Assembly (NCBI GenBank): GCA_023251555.1
Contig: JAHEYN010000017.1
Span: 2,693-66,692, forward strand
DNA: 64,000 bases
Source of the DNA: Bacteroidota bacterium
GTDB lineage: Bacteria > Bacteroidota > Bacteroidia > AKYH767-A > JAHEYN01
Direction of reading: 5' to 3'
A model generated the notes under the pieces. It had not been told where the DNA came from, searched no databases, and worked only from the letters and a program-made list of their open reading frames with translations. Of this stretch, positions 17,609 to 27,202 are shown piece by piece (positions within the stretch are counted from its first letter, which is position 1; each line of letters begins with the position of its first letter). Position numbers and translations under genes: made by a program.

Positions 17609-18208
17609 ATGGCAGAAATAAATACCGAAGGCGGAGGCGGGAAAAAGAAAGGAAAGAAGCGGGCAAAAAAAATGTCTACCCGCATTGACTTTACACCAAT
17701 GGTGGATCTCGGATTCCTCCTTATCACTTTTTTCATGCTCACTACCACTCTCAGCAAACCCAATACTATGGAAATCAATATGCCTGTGAAGGATAAGGAT
17801 GCTGACTCCACCATGGTAAAGGAATCTACTGCAATGACACTCATCCTCAGTGAGAATGACAGGATTTTTTATTACTTCGGAATCACTGACCCGAAGGTCG
17901 AAGTCACCAACTTTTCAAAAGACGGTATCAGAAAAATTCTTCTCGAAAAAAATGCCCCCCAGATCGAAAAGATAAATGCGCTTAAAATAAAAATGGACCA
18001 TAAAGATATAACCGAAGAAACCTACCGGAAAGAGTCCATGAAAATAAAGGCGGATCCGAATGCGTTAATGGTATTAATAAAGTCGGACGATAAATCCAAG
18101 TATAAAAATCTGATCGACATACTCGACGAGATGCAGATTACTAATATAGCGAAGTATGCAATCGTCGATATTACGGATGTGGAGCTGGATATGATTAAAA
18201 ATCTATAG
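17609..18208 (+). CDS. exbD: Biopolymer transport protein ExbD/TolR (copy 2)
   Basis: 199 aa; IDFTPMVDLGFLLITFFMLTT; paralog of the upstream gene. Confidence 0.8.
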   Translation: MAEINTEGGGGKKKGKKRAKKMSTRIDFTPMVDLGFLLITFFMLTTTLSKPNTMEINMPVKDKDADSTMVKESTAMTLILSENDRIFYYFGITDPKVEVTNFSKDGIRKILLEKNAPQIEKINALKIKMDHKDITEETYRKESMKIKADPNALMVLIKSDDKSKYKNLIDILDEMQITNIAKYAIVDITDVELDMIKNL

Positions 18209-18209
18209 G

Positions 18210-19010
18210 ATGGCAGGGAAAGTGGATATATTCAGTGCCAGCTGGTGCGACCTGGTTTTTACAGGCAGGAACAGGGAGTACGGCGCATATATCCTTAGAA
18301 AGAAATATTCGAAGAATATTTTTCTTGCCGTTATTTTTGCTATTCTTCTTATCGCTCTTTCCATAGGAGTTCCTCTTATTGTTGAACTCATAAAGAGTAA
18401 AACAGGGGATGAAGAAAAAATAAAGATTACCGAAGTTACTACCCTCGAAGCCCCGCCCCCTATTGACAAGGACCAGCCTCCGCCTCCCCCGGTAGAACCT
18501 CCGCCTCCTTTAAAATCAACGGTGAAATTTACACCTCCGGTGGTTGTCAAGGATGAACAGGTTACCGACACGATACGCACGCAGGAGGAGTTGAAAGAAG
18601 TGGATGCCGGAACCAAAACACAGGAAGGGGATTCTCTTAATGGTAAAGACCAGAGTCTTGAGGAACAAACCATAGGAGATGACCCTACGGTTTATAATAC
18701 TTATGCTGTTGAGGTACAGCCTGGCTTTCCGGGCGGTGATGATGCCCTGTATAAATATCTCGGCGACAATATTCATTACCCCCCCATCGCAAAAGACAAT
18801 GGTATATCAGGTACTGTTTATCTCAGTTTTGTAATTGACAGGGAGGGTAAGGTTACAGATGTAAAAGTACTCAGGGGGCCTGGTGCCGGCCTTGATGAAG
18901 AGGCTATGCGCGTGGTGAAATCCATGCCTGCATGGAAACCCGGCAAGCAGAATGGCAAACCCGTAAAGGTACAGTGCCAGATACCCGTACGCTTCCTTTT
19001 GAAGAACTGA
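18210..19010 (+). CDS. tonB: Energy transducer TonB
   Basis: 266 aa; TM anchor, Pro-rich linker PPPPVEPPPP, C-terminal TonB domain GISGTVYLSFVIDREGKVTDVKVLRG...AMRVVKSMPAWKPGKQNGKPV. Confidence 0.8.
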   Translation: MAGKVDIFSASWCDLVFTGRNREYGAYILRKKYSKNIFLAVIFAILLIALSIGVPLIVELIKSKTGDEEKIKITEVTTLEAPPPIDKDQPPPPPVEPPPPLKSTVKFTPPVVVKDEQVTDTIRTQEELKEVDAGTKTQEGDSLNGKDQSLEEQTIGDDPTVYNTYAVEVQPGFPGGDDALYKYLGDNIHYPPIAKDNGISGTVYLSFVIDREGKVTDVKVLRGPGAGLDEEAMRVVKSMPAWKPGKQNGKPVKVQCQIPVRFLLKN

Positions 19011-19044
19011 TTCTCTGCGGGGATCTGCATCCCGCCTTTCCTTT

Positions 19045-19263
19045 ATGATGCACAATTTATATAATAAGTTTGCCTTTTACTTTGGCTTGCTGATGTCGGC
19101 TTTTTATATTTTTGCCGGCATATACATCGCATTTATAAACTCCTCTGTGATGAACCTGAACAGGTACACCGCCCTTTCGCTCGGAATATTAATGTCAGCA
19201 TACGGAATCTTCAGGGGTTACCGTTATCTGAAAATAAGGAAAGAAGATAAACATGAATCCTGA
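19045..19263 (+). CDS. Small two-TM membrane protein (hypothetical)
   Basis: 72 aa, ATG start, two hydrophobic helices; overlaps the next gene by 11 bp; its position inside the conserved exbBD-tonB-pstS operon argues it is real. Confidence 0.4.
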   Translation: MMHNLYNKFAFYFGLLMSAFYIFAGIYIAFINSSVMNLNRYTALSLGILMSAYGIFRGYRYLKIRKEDKHES

Positions 19264-20191
19264 CCGGGTGACTTATATTTTAGCCCTCTGGCTGTTTACT
19301 TCCTGCAGCCAGGATGGGAAAGCTCCTCTTGATACTCCCACTACCGGAGAGATAACTATCAGCGTGGACGAAACCTTCCGGCCGGTGATAGAATCGGAAG
19401 TAAGTACGTTTATGTCATTGTATCATTACGCAAAAATCAATGTGAAGTACACTTCTGAGGCAGAAGCATTCAGTAATCTCCTCAATGACAGCGCCCGGCT
19501 TATTATTGTGACCCGCAATCTTCTGCCGGATGAAAAAAAACATTTTGACCGCATTAAAATTTTCCCGCGTGTCATCAAAGCAGGTGTGGATGCCATCGCC
19601 TTCATTGTAAATGAAGAAAACACGGATACCAACATCACATTATCAGCACTTCGTGAAATATTCGGAGGAAAAAAAAGAAGATGGGAGCAACTGAATGCTC
19701 ATTCCCGGACCGGAGAAATTAAAATTATATTCGATAATAAAAATTCCGGGACTGCAAGGTATATTAAAGAGGTGTTATGCGGAAACAGCGAAAACCTTCC
19801 GTCCAACACTTTTGCCGTAAATACAAATCCGGATGTGGTTGATTATGTTGCCAAAGATAAAAATGCTATTGGCGTGATAGGAGTAAACTGGATCAGCGAC
19901 GGAGATGATCCAATGTCGCTTGGTTTCCTGAGCAAAGTGAATGTAATGGCTGTCGCTTCTGACACTTCCGGTGTAGTATTACCGGAATTTATTCAGCCAT
20001 TCCAGGCATATATCGCACAGAAAAAATATCCTTTTTGCCGGGATATGCTTATTATAAGCCGGGAAGCCCGATCCGGGTTAGGCACGGGGTTTGCTGCTTT
20101 CGTTGCAGGCGATAAGGGGCAAAGAATTATTCTTAAATCAGGCTTGTTACCTGCCGCCATGCCGGTGAGGATCATCAACCTTCATAATTAA
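19253..20191 (+). CDS. PstS-like periplasmic substrate-binding lipoprotein (PBP superfamily) of the TonB operon
   Basis: 312 aa; lipobox LFTSC; the order exbB-exbD-exbD-tonB-PBP-TPR is the conserved Bacteroidota arrangement. Confidence 0.55.
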   Translation: MNPDRVTYILALWLFTSCSQDGKAPLDTPTTGEITISVDETFRPVIESEVSTFMSLYHYAKINVKYTSEAEAFSNLLNDSARLIIVTRNLLPDEKKHFDRIKIFPRVIKAGVDAIAFIVNEENTDTNITLSALREIFGGKKRRWEQLNAHSRTGEIKIIFDNKNSGTARYIKEVLCGNSENLPSNTFAVNTNPDVVDYVAKDKNAIGVIGVNWISDGDDPMSLGFLSKVNVMAVASDTSGVVLPEFIQPFQAYIAQKKYPFCRDMLIISREARSGLGTGFAAFVAGDKGQRIILKSGLLPAAMPVRIINLHN

Positions 20192-20198
20192 AATAAGT

Positions 20199-21788
20199 AT
20201 GAAAACAAAAGCAATCTCTTTAATCTTCTCTGCCTTCACCCTCTCCCTTTCCGCACAAACACTGGAGGATGGGATAAAAGCACTTGACTGCGAGCAATAC
20301 AGTTATGCTCAGAGAATCTTCTCGCTTCTCCATTCCACAAATCCTCTTGACGCAGAAGTGCTTTATTATAAAGGGATGGCGTTTTATGCCACAGGGATGA
20401 AAGATTCTGCGAAAGCCTGTTTTGAACAGGGAATTGTTTTAAACAATAACAACTCAAAAGTGGCCTATAACTATACCGGGCTGGGGAGGGTGATGCTCGA
20501 TGAAAAAAATACGGCAGAAGCAAAGAAAAACTTTGACAAGGCATTCTCGCTTACTTCTTCAAAGGATCCTAAAGTATACATGTTTGCGGGGGAAGCGTAT
20601 GCCTTTACCACGGGAAGCAAAGACCTGCCCCAGGCCATCAATCTTCTTTCTACAGCAATTTCTATCGATAAGAAAAATCCTAACCTCTACATGTCGCTGG
20701 GGGATATATATACCGGGCAGTATGACGGCGGAGGTAAAGCCATGTCGAATTATGAAATGGCGTCGGAGATAAATTCTGCCAACCCCAAAGCTTTCTGCAG
20801 AATCGGGCAATTATATATCAAGGCAAAGAATCCTTCGGAAGCACTTGATGCCCTCAGGAAGTCTCTTGCTCTGGATTCAACCTGGATACCTGCATACCGC
20901 GAGATGGGGGAGGCCTATTTCCAGATGCATCGCTATGAAGAGGCCAAAGAGGCCTATAAAAAATATATATCAAAAGCCGAACTAAAGATTTCTGCATTAA
21001 GCCGCTATGCCTCATTCCAGTTTCTCAGCAAGGATTACAAGGGAACCATTGCCACTGTCAGCCAGGTAACAAAAATGGATTCCTCGAACGCCGTTATGAA
21101 CAGGCTGATTGGCTATTCTTACTATGAGCAGGGGAAATTCCAGGAAGGTCTTGCTGAAATGAAAAGGTTTTTCTCAAAAGCTGACACTTCAAAAATTCTC
21201 TCCGGAGATTATGAATACTACGGCAAACTTCTCTTGAAAACGAACAATGATTCAATGGGTATTTTTTTCCTGAGGAAAGCCATTGATATGGATTCTTCTA
21301 AAGCAGAACTTCATTCCGATATCGCCCAGTCCTATTACCAGAAAAAACGTTATAGGGAAGCAGCTTCCGAATATGAGGCCAGAAATGAGAGAATAACGCC
21401 TAAAGCCCAGGATTATTTCCTGCTCGGAAAAGCATGGTATTATGCCCAGGAATATCTAAAAGCTGACACGGCCTTTTCAAAGGTCATTGAGCTGCAGCCT
21501 GCGGCGGCAATAGGCTACCTGTGGAGAGGCCGGTCTTCTTCATTGCTTGACCCCGAGATGAAAAGCGGACAGGCAAAACCCTATTATGAAAAATTTGCTG
21601 AAATAGCTTCGGCGGACAGCGCATCTGTTTTGAAATACAGGAAAGATCTGGTTGAGGCATATTCCTATCTCGGGAATTATTACCTTCAGAAAGATGATAA
21701 GCAGAATACACTGCTGTATTACAGGAAAGTTGTGGAAATGGACCCCGAAAACAAGGACGCCAGGAAAGTTATCGAGGGAATGAAGTAA
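20199..21788 (+). CDS. Secreted TPR repeat protein (last gene of the TonB operon)
   Basis: 529 aa; signal peptide; multiple TPR motifs. Confidence 0.7.
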   Translation: MKTKAISLIFSAFTLSLSAQTLEDGIKALDCEQYSYAQRIFSLLHSTNPLDAEVLYYKGMAFYATGMKDSAKACFEQGIVLNNNNSKVAYNYTGLGRVMLDEKNTAEAKKNFDKAFSLTSSKDPKVYMFAGEAYAFTTGSKDLPQAINLLSTAISIDKKNPNLYMSLGDIYTGQYDGGGKAMSNYEMASEINSANPKAFCRIGQLYIKAKNPSEALDALRKSLALDSTWIPAYREMGEAYFQMHRYEEAKEAYKKYISKAELKISALSRYASFQFLSKDYKGTIATVSQVTKMDSSNAVMNRLIGYSYYEQGKFQEGLAEMKRFFSKADTSKILSGDYEYYGKLLLKTNNDSMGIFFLRKAIDMDSSKAELHSDIAQSYYQKKRYREAASEYEARNERITPKAQDYFLLGKAWYYAQEYLKADTAFSKVIELQPAAAIGYLWRGRSSSLLDPEMKSGQAKPYYEKFAEIASADSASVLKYRKDLVEAYSYLGNYYLQKDDKQNTLLYYRKVVEMDPENKDARKVIEGMK

Positions 21789-21804
21789 AAAGCTATCCTC
21801 CTAA

Positions 21805-23550
21805 TTATTTTCTCTTCCTGAACACCCTCCGGCTTCCTTCCCGCCCGGATTTCCAATCCTTCCCGCCGCTGTGTTTCGTTTTCCGGTCATAGCTCCCGTT
21901 TTCAGAATGATGGGTAGAATGACCATAAGCCGGGGATCTTTTGCTGCCGTCAGAAATATCCGCACGCACCCGCCGCCCTCTGTACACTTCGTTCGAAAAA
22001 GAAGCAACTGCCCTTGGCAGCAGGGATTCCTCTACGTCAAGGAATGAATAAACTCCTTTGACATCAATTCTGCCGAAGGAGTTCTTGTCAAGACCGGTTA
22101 CCTCTGAGATATAAGCAGATAGTTTTCCTGCATCGAGCCCGTCAACGCTTCCGAGATTAATAAACAGGCGTGGCTTCCCCGAACGGTATTTGTCGCCCTC
22201 CTTCACATGATCTCTCCGGGAGAAATCAACATTCAGGTCAGGGGCATTGCGGTAATACTCGAGAAAGCGGTTAAACTCTATGGAGACAAACCTTTTGATG
22301 ATTTCCTCTTTGTCCAGGTCCCTGAGTTCTTCGTAAATCCCGGGAAGATACTTACTGATACCATGCTCATCTACCTCCACTTTGTGTACCTTCTGAATAA
22401 GCCCTATGAGTTGACGCTCGCATATTTCAACAGCTCCCGGAATTTTTTCATGCCGGAATTTTTTACTCATCTTTTTTTCCAGTTGTTTGATATGAACAAT
22501 CTCCCGGCTGGTGATGAAAGAGATAGAGATTCCGGATTTCCCTGCCCTCGCCGTGCGGCCACTGCGATGAGTGTAATTTTCAATTTCATCAGGCAGGTTG
22601 TAATTGATGACATGCGTAACATCATTCACGTCAATGCCGCGTGCCGCCACATCCGTGGCGATAAGCAGTTGCAGGGAACGCTGGCGGTAACGACCCATCA
22701 CTTTATCCCGCTGGGGCTGACTCAAATCGCCATGGAGGGCATCAGCATCATACCCGTCCCGGATGAGATGTTCAGAAACTTCCTGTGTTTCAACTTTGGT
22801 CCTGCAGAAAACAATGGCAAAAATACCGGGATTAAAGTCTATGATGCGTTTCAGCGCTGCATAACGGTCCCGCCCGTGAATAACGTAGTAAATATGGTCA
22901 ATGTTTTCCGCTCCTGAATTTTTCTGCCCTATAGTGAGCTCAAAAGGATTGTTCATGTAATTTCCTGCAATCCTCCGGACCTCGGCAGGCATTGTTGCTG
23001 AAAAAAGCCAGGTACGCTTTTCAGCCGGAGTTTTGCTGAGTATTTCATCAATATCCTCCTGGAAGCCCATATTGAGCATTTCATCTGCTTCATCGAGCAC
23101 AACATAGCGCACCTTTGAAATATCAACTGCTCTCCTCCCGAGAAGATCTATGAGCCGGCCGGGTGTTGCCACAACAACATGAACACCTTTCCGGATCTGT
23201 CTTATCTGGCCTTCAATGCTTGCTCCTCCATATACAGGTACAATACTGACAGCTCCCATCTTTGAAGAAAAAGCGGCGAGATCTCTTGATATCTGCACAC
23301 ATAACTCTCTTGTGGGCGCAATTACAAGTGCCTGCGGTCCCTGCAATTCCCTGATGAGATGCTGGAGCAGCGGGATGCCAAAGGCTGCTGTTTTTCCGGT
23401 GCCAGTCTGGGCAAGCCCGATAAAGTCTTTTTCGCCCGTGAGCAGCACGGGTATTGATTGTTCCTGTATAGGCGTGGGAGATTCAAATCCAAGTCCGGAT
23501 ATTGCTTTTAGAATATCAGTTCTGATGCCTAACTCCTCAAATGTGTTCAT
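21805..23550 (-). CDS. DEAD-box ATP-dependent RNA helicase (DeaD/CsdA-like) with DbpA-type C-terminal domain and RG-rich tail
   Basis: 581 aa; Q-motif, GTGKT, VVLDEADEML, SAT, HRSGRTAR; basic RG-rich C-terminus. Confidence 0.85.
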   Translation of the reverse strand: MNTFEELGIRTDILKAISGLGFESPTPIQEQSIPVLLTGEKDFIGLAQTGTGKTAAFGIPLLQHLIRELQGPQALVIAPTRELCVQISRDLAAFSSKMGAVSIVPVYGGASIEGQIRQIRKGVHVVVATPGRLIDLLGRRAVDISKVRYVVLDEADEMLNMGFQEDIDEILSKTPAEKRTWLFSATMPAEVRRIAGNYMNNPFELTIGQKNSGAENIDHIYYVIHGRDRYAALKRIIDFNPGIFAIVFCRTKVETQEVSEHLIRDGYDADALHGDLSQPQRDKVMGRYRQRSLQLLIATDVAARGIDVNDVTHVINYNLPDEIENYTHRSGRTARAGKSGISISFITSREIVHIKQLEKKMSKKFRHEKIPGAVEICERQLIGLIQKVHKVEVDEHGISKYLPGIYEELRDLDKEEIIKRFVSIEFNRFLEYYRNAPDLNVDFSRRDHVKEGDKYRSGKPRLFINLGSVDGLDAGKLSAYISEVTGLDKNSFGRIDVKGVYSFLDVEESLLPRAVASFSNEVYRGRRVRADISDGSKRSPAYGHSTHHSENGSYDRKTKHSGGKDWKSGREGSRRVFRKRK

Positions 23551-23556
23551 AAAAAT

Positions 23557-25761
23557 TCAATTATTCGATCCAAAGATACGCTTAAATAACGGGCGGGAAA
23601 TAATAAATAAAAATGACAGGAAGAATACAATGCTGACAGCAAGGGAAAAAAGATAAAAATTATTAACGTATCTGAATTCAACGGTATGCTCCCCCGGCGG
23701 AACAGGAACAGAAATCAAGGTATAGTTGCTTGTGAAAATTTCTGCAGGCCTGCCGTCAAGAAAAGCCTTCCATCCAGGGTAGTTGTTCTGCACCATTGTA
23801 AGAAATTGCCTGCCATGGGAAGAGATTTCAACTTTCACTTTCCCCGGGCCAAAATCTACAATATGCAGCGTATCTCCCGGGATGTGAAGAATCTTATTTT
23901 TCAGGACAAACTTTTCATAGTCATTTCCTGATACAAAGAGACTTTGATTGTTTTTTTCTTTAACCGATATAGAGTCGTAAGTGAAAATATCCCCTGAAAG
24001 AAAGGCAAGGGGATTTCTGAGCGTATATTCAGCCAGAGAACTTTCTTCAAAAGATAGATATCTGCTCAGGGTGAATGGATTGTATCCGTCGTGCGATGTT
24101 TTCTTACGGAAATTGCTGAGGTTGATGCTCATGGCTCCCATGGGATTTCCTTCACCGGAAACATCCGCAACACTTTTTCCAGAAGGAAGAGGAAACCCCT
24201 TTGGCAGGGCTGATAACTGCTCTGAAATTTTCCATGCACGTGCCTTATAAATTACGGTAGCAGGAATATTCAGCTGAGCGGCAATAAACAAGTCTGCGGC
24301 AACAAGCCATACGAGGAGCCCCAGGTGCCTTTTCAAACCTGCGTTATAGAGAACGGAAATGAAAATAGTTAATATTACAACTTGTATAAATCCCTGTATG
24401 AGAATAGCCTGATAGATATTCAATTTGTAGAAAATAATGTCAGTAATACTGAATGTGAAGAGGTTGTTTAATCCTTCTCTTGAAACGTGAATCATTGAAA
24501 AAACCATTAGTCCCGTAATTACTGCCGAAAAAAGAACAGAAAAAATAAGAATGAATCTGTCTGTTTTGCCTGTCCGTTCCTTTGAAAGCTCATCAGCCCT
24601 GAAACCGGCAACAATGATGAAACTGATAATCATAAAAACCCTCAGCACGCTGGAGCCCCTGAAAAGGTGGATAAGCGGAAGGTACTTATGAAGTATAAGC
24701 CTCAGGGGAGTGTGATCCCCGAATGATACTAGAAGAAAAAATATTCCCATAATAAGAAAAAACCACTCTGCCGGTTTTTTCTTCCGGGGCAGGGAAGAGC
24801 ATAGCAGCAGGAATCCTGTGATTCCAAAATAAGCATTTGACATAGAAATATCCGTCCCGAAAAAAACAGTATCCTTAACTACGGCCATAGGCAGGATGAA
24901 GGATAACATGGAACGCGGAGAAAATGCGTCACCTGGGGCTTCCCAGCAAGGCACTCCTGCACCCCTGCTTATAAGAGGTACAGCATCAAACAATGCTATG
25001 ATAACAGGGCTGCATAAAAGCAGGGTGCCGGTAAAAAGCAGCATGTGGGACTTAATGAGTTCCGGGGCGTTCAGATTTTTCTTTAAAAAGAATCCTGCAC
25101 TTGTTTTTGCAAAAAAAATGGAGAGGAGTATGTAAGCTGTGATGATGGCAAAAGCAGGATAACCGGCAGTAATTAAAAGGTAAATGTTTATGGCGGCTAT
25201 GATAATATTCCTTACGGACCCGTTTTTCAGCATGGAAAGGTATGATTGAATTACCCATGGAATCCATGCCCCGCAGAGAATCCAGATAAGGTGCTGTGCA
25301 TTGCCTATAAAAAAACCAGAGAGCATGTAGGATGCACCCATCATAAAGGATACCGCATTGCTGATACCAAGTTCTTTCCCTAAACGATGCATTCCGCATC
25401 CCCCGATAAACACATGAAGGACAAATTGAAAATGTATGGTGTAAATGCTGTAACCCGCGATGAGTCCCGCAATCCATGTGAACGGATACCATACCCCGCT
25501 TTGTGGATCGGCATAGATGGGATAGCCCATATTCTGGTAAGGATTCCATAAGGGAAGATATCCGTTCCTCAGGCATTCGCCTATGAAATACCTCCAGGGA
25601 AGATGCTGGTCGAGCATGTCCCATTTGAGCGGGCACAGGATAAAGGACACCGGCCAGTATGCAGTAACGCAAAGAAGCAGAAGGCAGAGATACGGGTTGC
25701 GGGAAGGGGAGAGGAAATGGCGGTTTTTCAAAATGCCGGATTTATGACCGGCTTTTCGCAT
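23557..25761 (-). CDS. YfhO family membrane protein (GT-C-like)
   Basis: 734 aa; WNPYQNMGYPIYADPQSGVWYP motif; >10 TM followed by a C-terminal soluble domain. Confidence 0.65.
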   Translation of the reverse strand: MRKAGHKSGILKNRHFLSPSRNPYLCLLLLCVTAYWPVSFILCPLKWDMLDQHLPWRYFIGECLRNGYLPLWNPYQNMGYPIYADPQSGVWYPFTWIAGLIAGYSIYTIHFQFVLHVFIGGCGMHRLGKELGISNAVSFMMGASYMLSGFFIGNAQHLIWILCGAWIPWVIQSYLSMLKNGSVRNIIIAAINIYLLITAGYPAFAIITAYILLSIFFAKTSAGFFLKKNLNAPELIKSHMLLFTGTLLLCSPVIIALFDAVPLISRGAGVPCWEAPGDAFSPRSMLSFILPMAVVKDTVFFGTDISMSNAYFGITGFLLLCSSLPRKKKPAEWFFLIMGIFFLLVSFGDHTPLRLILHKYLPLIHLFRGSSVLRVFMIISFIIVAGFRADELSKERTGKTDRFILIFSVLFSAVITGLMVFSMIHVSREGLNNLFTFSITDIIFYKLNIYQAILIQGFIQVVILTIFISVLYNAGLKRHLGLLVWLVAADLFIAAQLNIPATVIYKARAWKISEQLSALPKGFPLPSGKSVADVSGEGNPMGAMSINLSNFRKKTSHDGYNPFTLSRYLSFEESSLAEYTLRNPLAFLSGDIFTYDSISVKEKNNQSLFVSGNDYEKFVLKNKILHIPGDTLHIVDFGPGKVKVEISSHGRQFLTMVQNNYPGWKAFLDGRPAEIFTSNYTLISVPVPPGEHTVEFRYVNNFYLFSLAVSIVFFLSFLFIISRPLFKRIFGSNN

Positions 25762-26000
25762 AACTGTTCAGTTCTGCTTTTTCCCGGTTGTTTCAGAAGC
25801 AATCCAAAGATAACACAAAAAAGCAGGTGCCACGTAAGGGAAGGTGCCGTAAAGCATATCGCTTACGGAATGAACTTTACTGCCAACGGAAATAAAAATG
25901 TGGACACAGAAAGCAAGAAGAATAACACAAATTAAGAAGCCCTGCATGCTTACAGGAAGGTATAACAGGCCGCCTTTCTGAACCACCCCTTCCTCACGGA

Positions 26001-26429
26001 TTATTCAGGTTTCTTCCCGGGATCCGTTTTTGCGACAACGGTTCCTTTCAGGTGCAGGATATAAGGGCTGTTCTTCGCATTTGAAGTGACAGTAACTGTC
26101 TTATCCTGGTAACCCGACTTGCCAGTTGAATTAAAGGTTACTTTAATTACAGCTTTCTCTCCGCTCTTAACGGGCTGCCTAGGATACTCGGGAGCGGTGC
26201 ATCCGCAGGACGCATCGGCACCTGTTATAATCATAGGGGTCTTTCCGGCATTTGTAAAATGAAAGTCGTAGTTTACCATGTCGCCCTCGTTTACCGGGTT
26301 GAAACTGTACTCGCTTACTTCAAACCTGAATTCGGCCGAGTCAGATAGGACTGCTTTTGATTTGGGAGACTGAGCAAATAAAAAGGCAGTTGCCGGGAAA
26401 ATAATTCCCAGTAGGAGGATTTTTTTCAT
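26001..26429 (-). CDS. DUF1573 domain protein (secreted)
   Basis: 142 aa; signal; YDFHFTNAGKTPMIITGADASCGCT. Confidence 0.65.
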   Translation of the reverse strand: MKKILLLGIIFPATAFLFAQSPKSKAVLSDSAEFRFEVSEYSFNPVNEGDMVNYDFHFTNAGKTPMIITGADASCGCTAPEYPRQPVKSGEKAVIKVTFNSTGKSGYQDKTVTVTSNAKNSPYILHLKGTVVAKTDPGKKPE

Positions 26430-26434
26430 ACTGA

Positions 26435-26914
26435 TCAGAATTTGCTTTTGGAATTCTCAAGCGGGGTGCCATCCTCATCCACTTTCTTCAGGGGCATTGT
26501 CTGTTCCTTTTCAGGAGCTTCCACCATTCCTTTGATCGTGAGGACTTTTGTCGCAGTTTTGGCATTGGAAGAGATCGTTACGGTCTTTGTAAAAGCCCCG
26601 ATTCTTTTTGTATCATAGGTAGTCTTGATAACACCGCTATCTCCGGGTTTAATGGGGTCTTTGGACCATTCAGGAACAGTACACCCGCAGGACCCTCTTG
26701 CATTCGAAATGATGAGGGGCTCTTTGCCGGTGTTTTTGAACTTAAACTCATACGTGCCGTTGGCGCCCTGTTTAATGGTACCGAAATCATGCATGTCGGT
26801 TTCAAAAGAGATTTCTGCAGCATTCGGGTTGGGAGTCGCAGCCTTTGCAGTGTCCTGGGCCTTCATCGAGAAAGAAATGATACCCAGTGAGAGAAGAAAT
26901 ACAATCTTTTTCAT
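26435..26914 (-). CDS. DUF1573 domain protein (secreted), paralog of the downstream gene
   Basis: 159 aa; YEFKFKNTGKEPLIISNARGSCGCTVPEW. Confidence 0.65.
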   Translation of the reverse strand: MKKIVFLLSLGIISFSMKAQDTAKAATPNPNAAEISFETDMHDFGTIKQGANGTYEFKFKNTGKEPLIISNARGSCGCTVPEWSKDPIKPGDSGVIKTTYDTKRIGAFTKTVTISSNAKTATKVLTIKGMVEAPEKEQTMPLKKVDEDGTPLENSKSKF

Positions 26915-27126
26915 AAGTGATTTTTTTTAGAGGTTTCAAAGTTAATAATTTTCCGATATATGAACATTTTCCGTGCCAAATTTATAGCCACTTAATGAAC
27001 AAATTGATAACAGAGCTATTTACACCTTTGCTTTCTTCAAAAGCAGTAAAATGAATGAAGTGTTATATCTCATAAGCTTATCCGGCAGCTATGTTATTTT
27101 AAGCAAGAAGAAAAACTCAAAGAGTT

Positions 27127-27156
27127 TCTTGTTTTAAGGATAAATTGGTACATTTG
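27127..27156 (+). promoter_or_regulatory. Putative Bacteroidota sigma-A promoter of rpsA (-33 TTG / -7 TAcaTTTG)
   Basis: cTTGtttt...17 nt...TACATTTG, about 45 nt upstream of the rpsA ATG. Confidence 0.3.
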
Positions 27157-27202
27157 CATCCCGAAAAAATAAAACCACTTTAAAAAGTAAATAATCAATA
27201 AG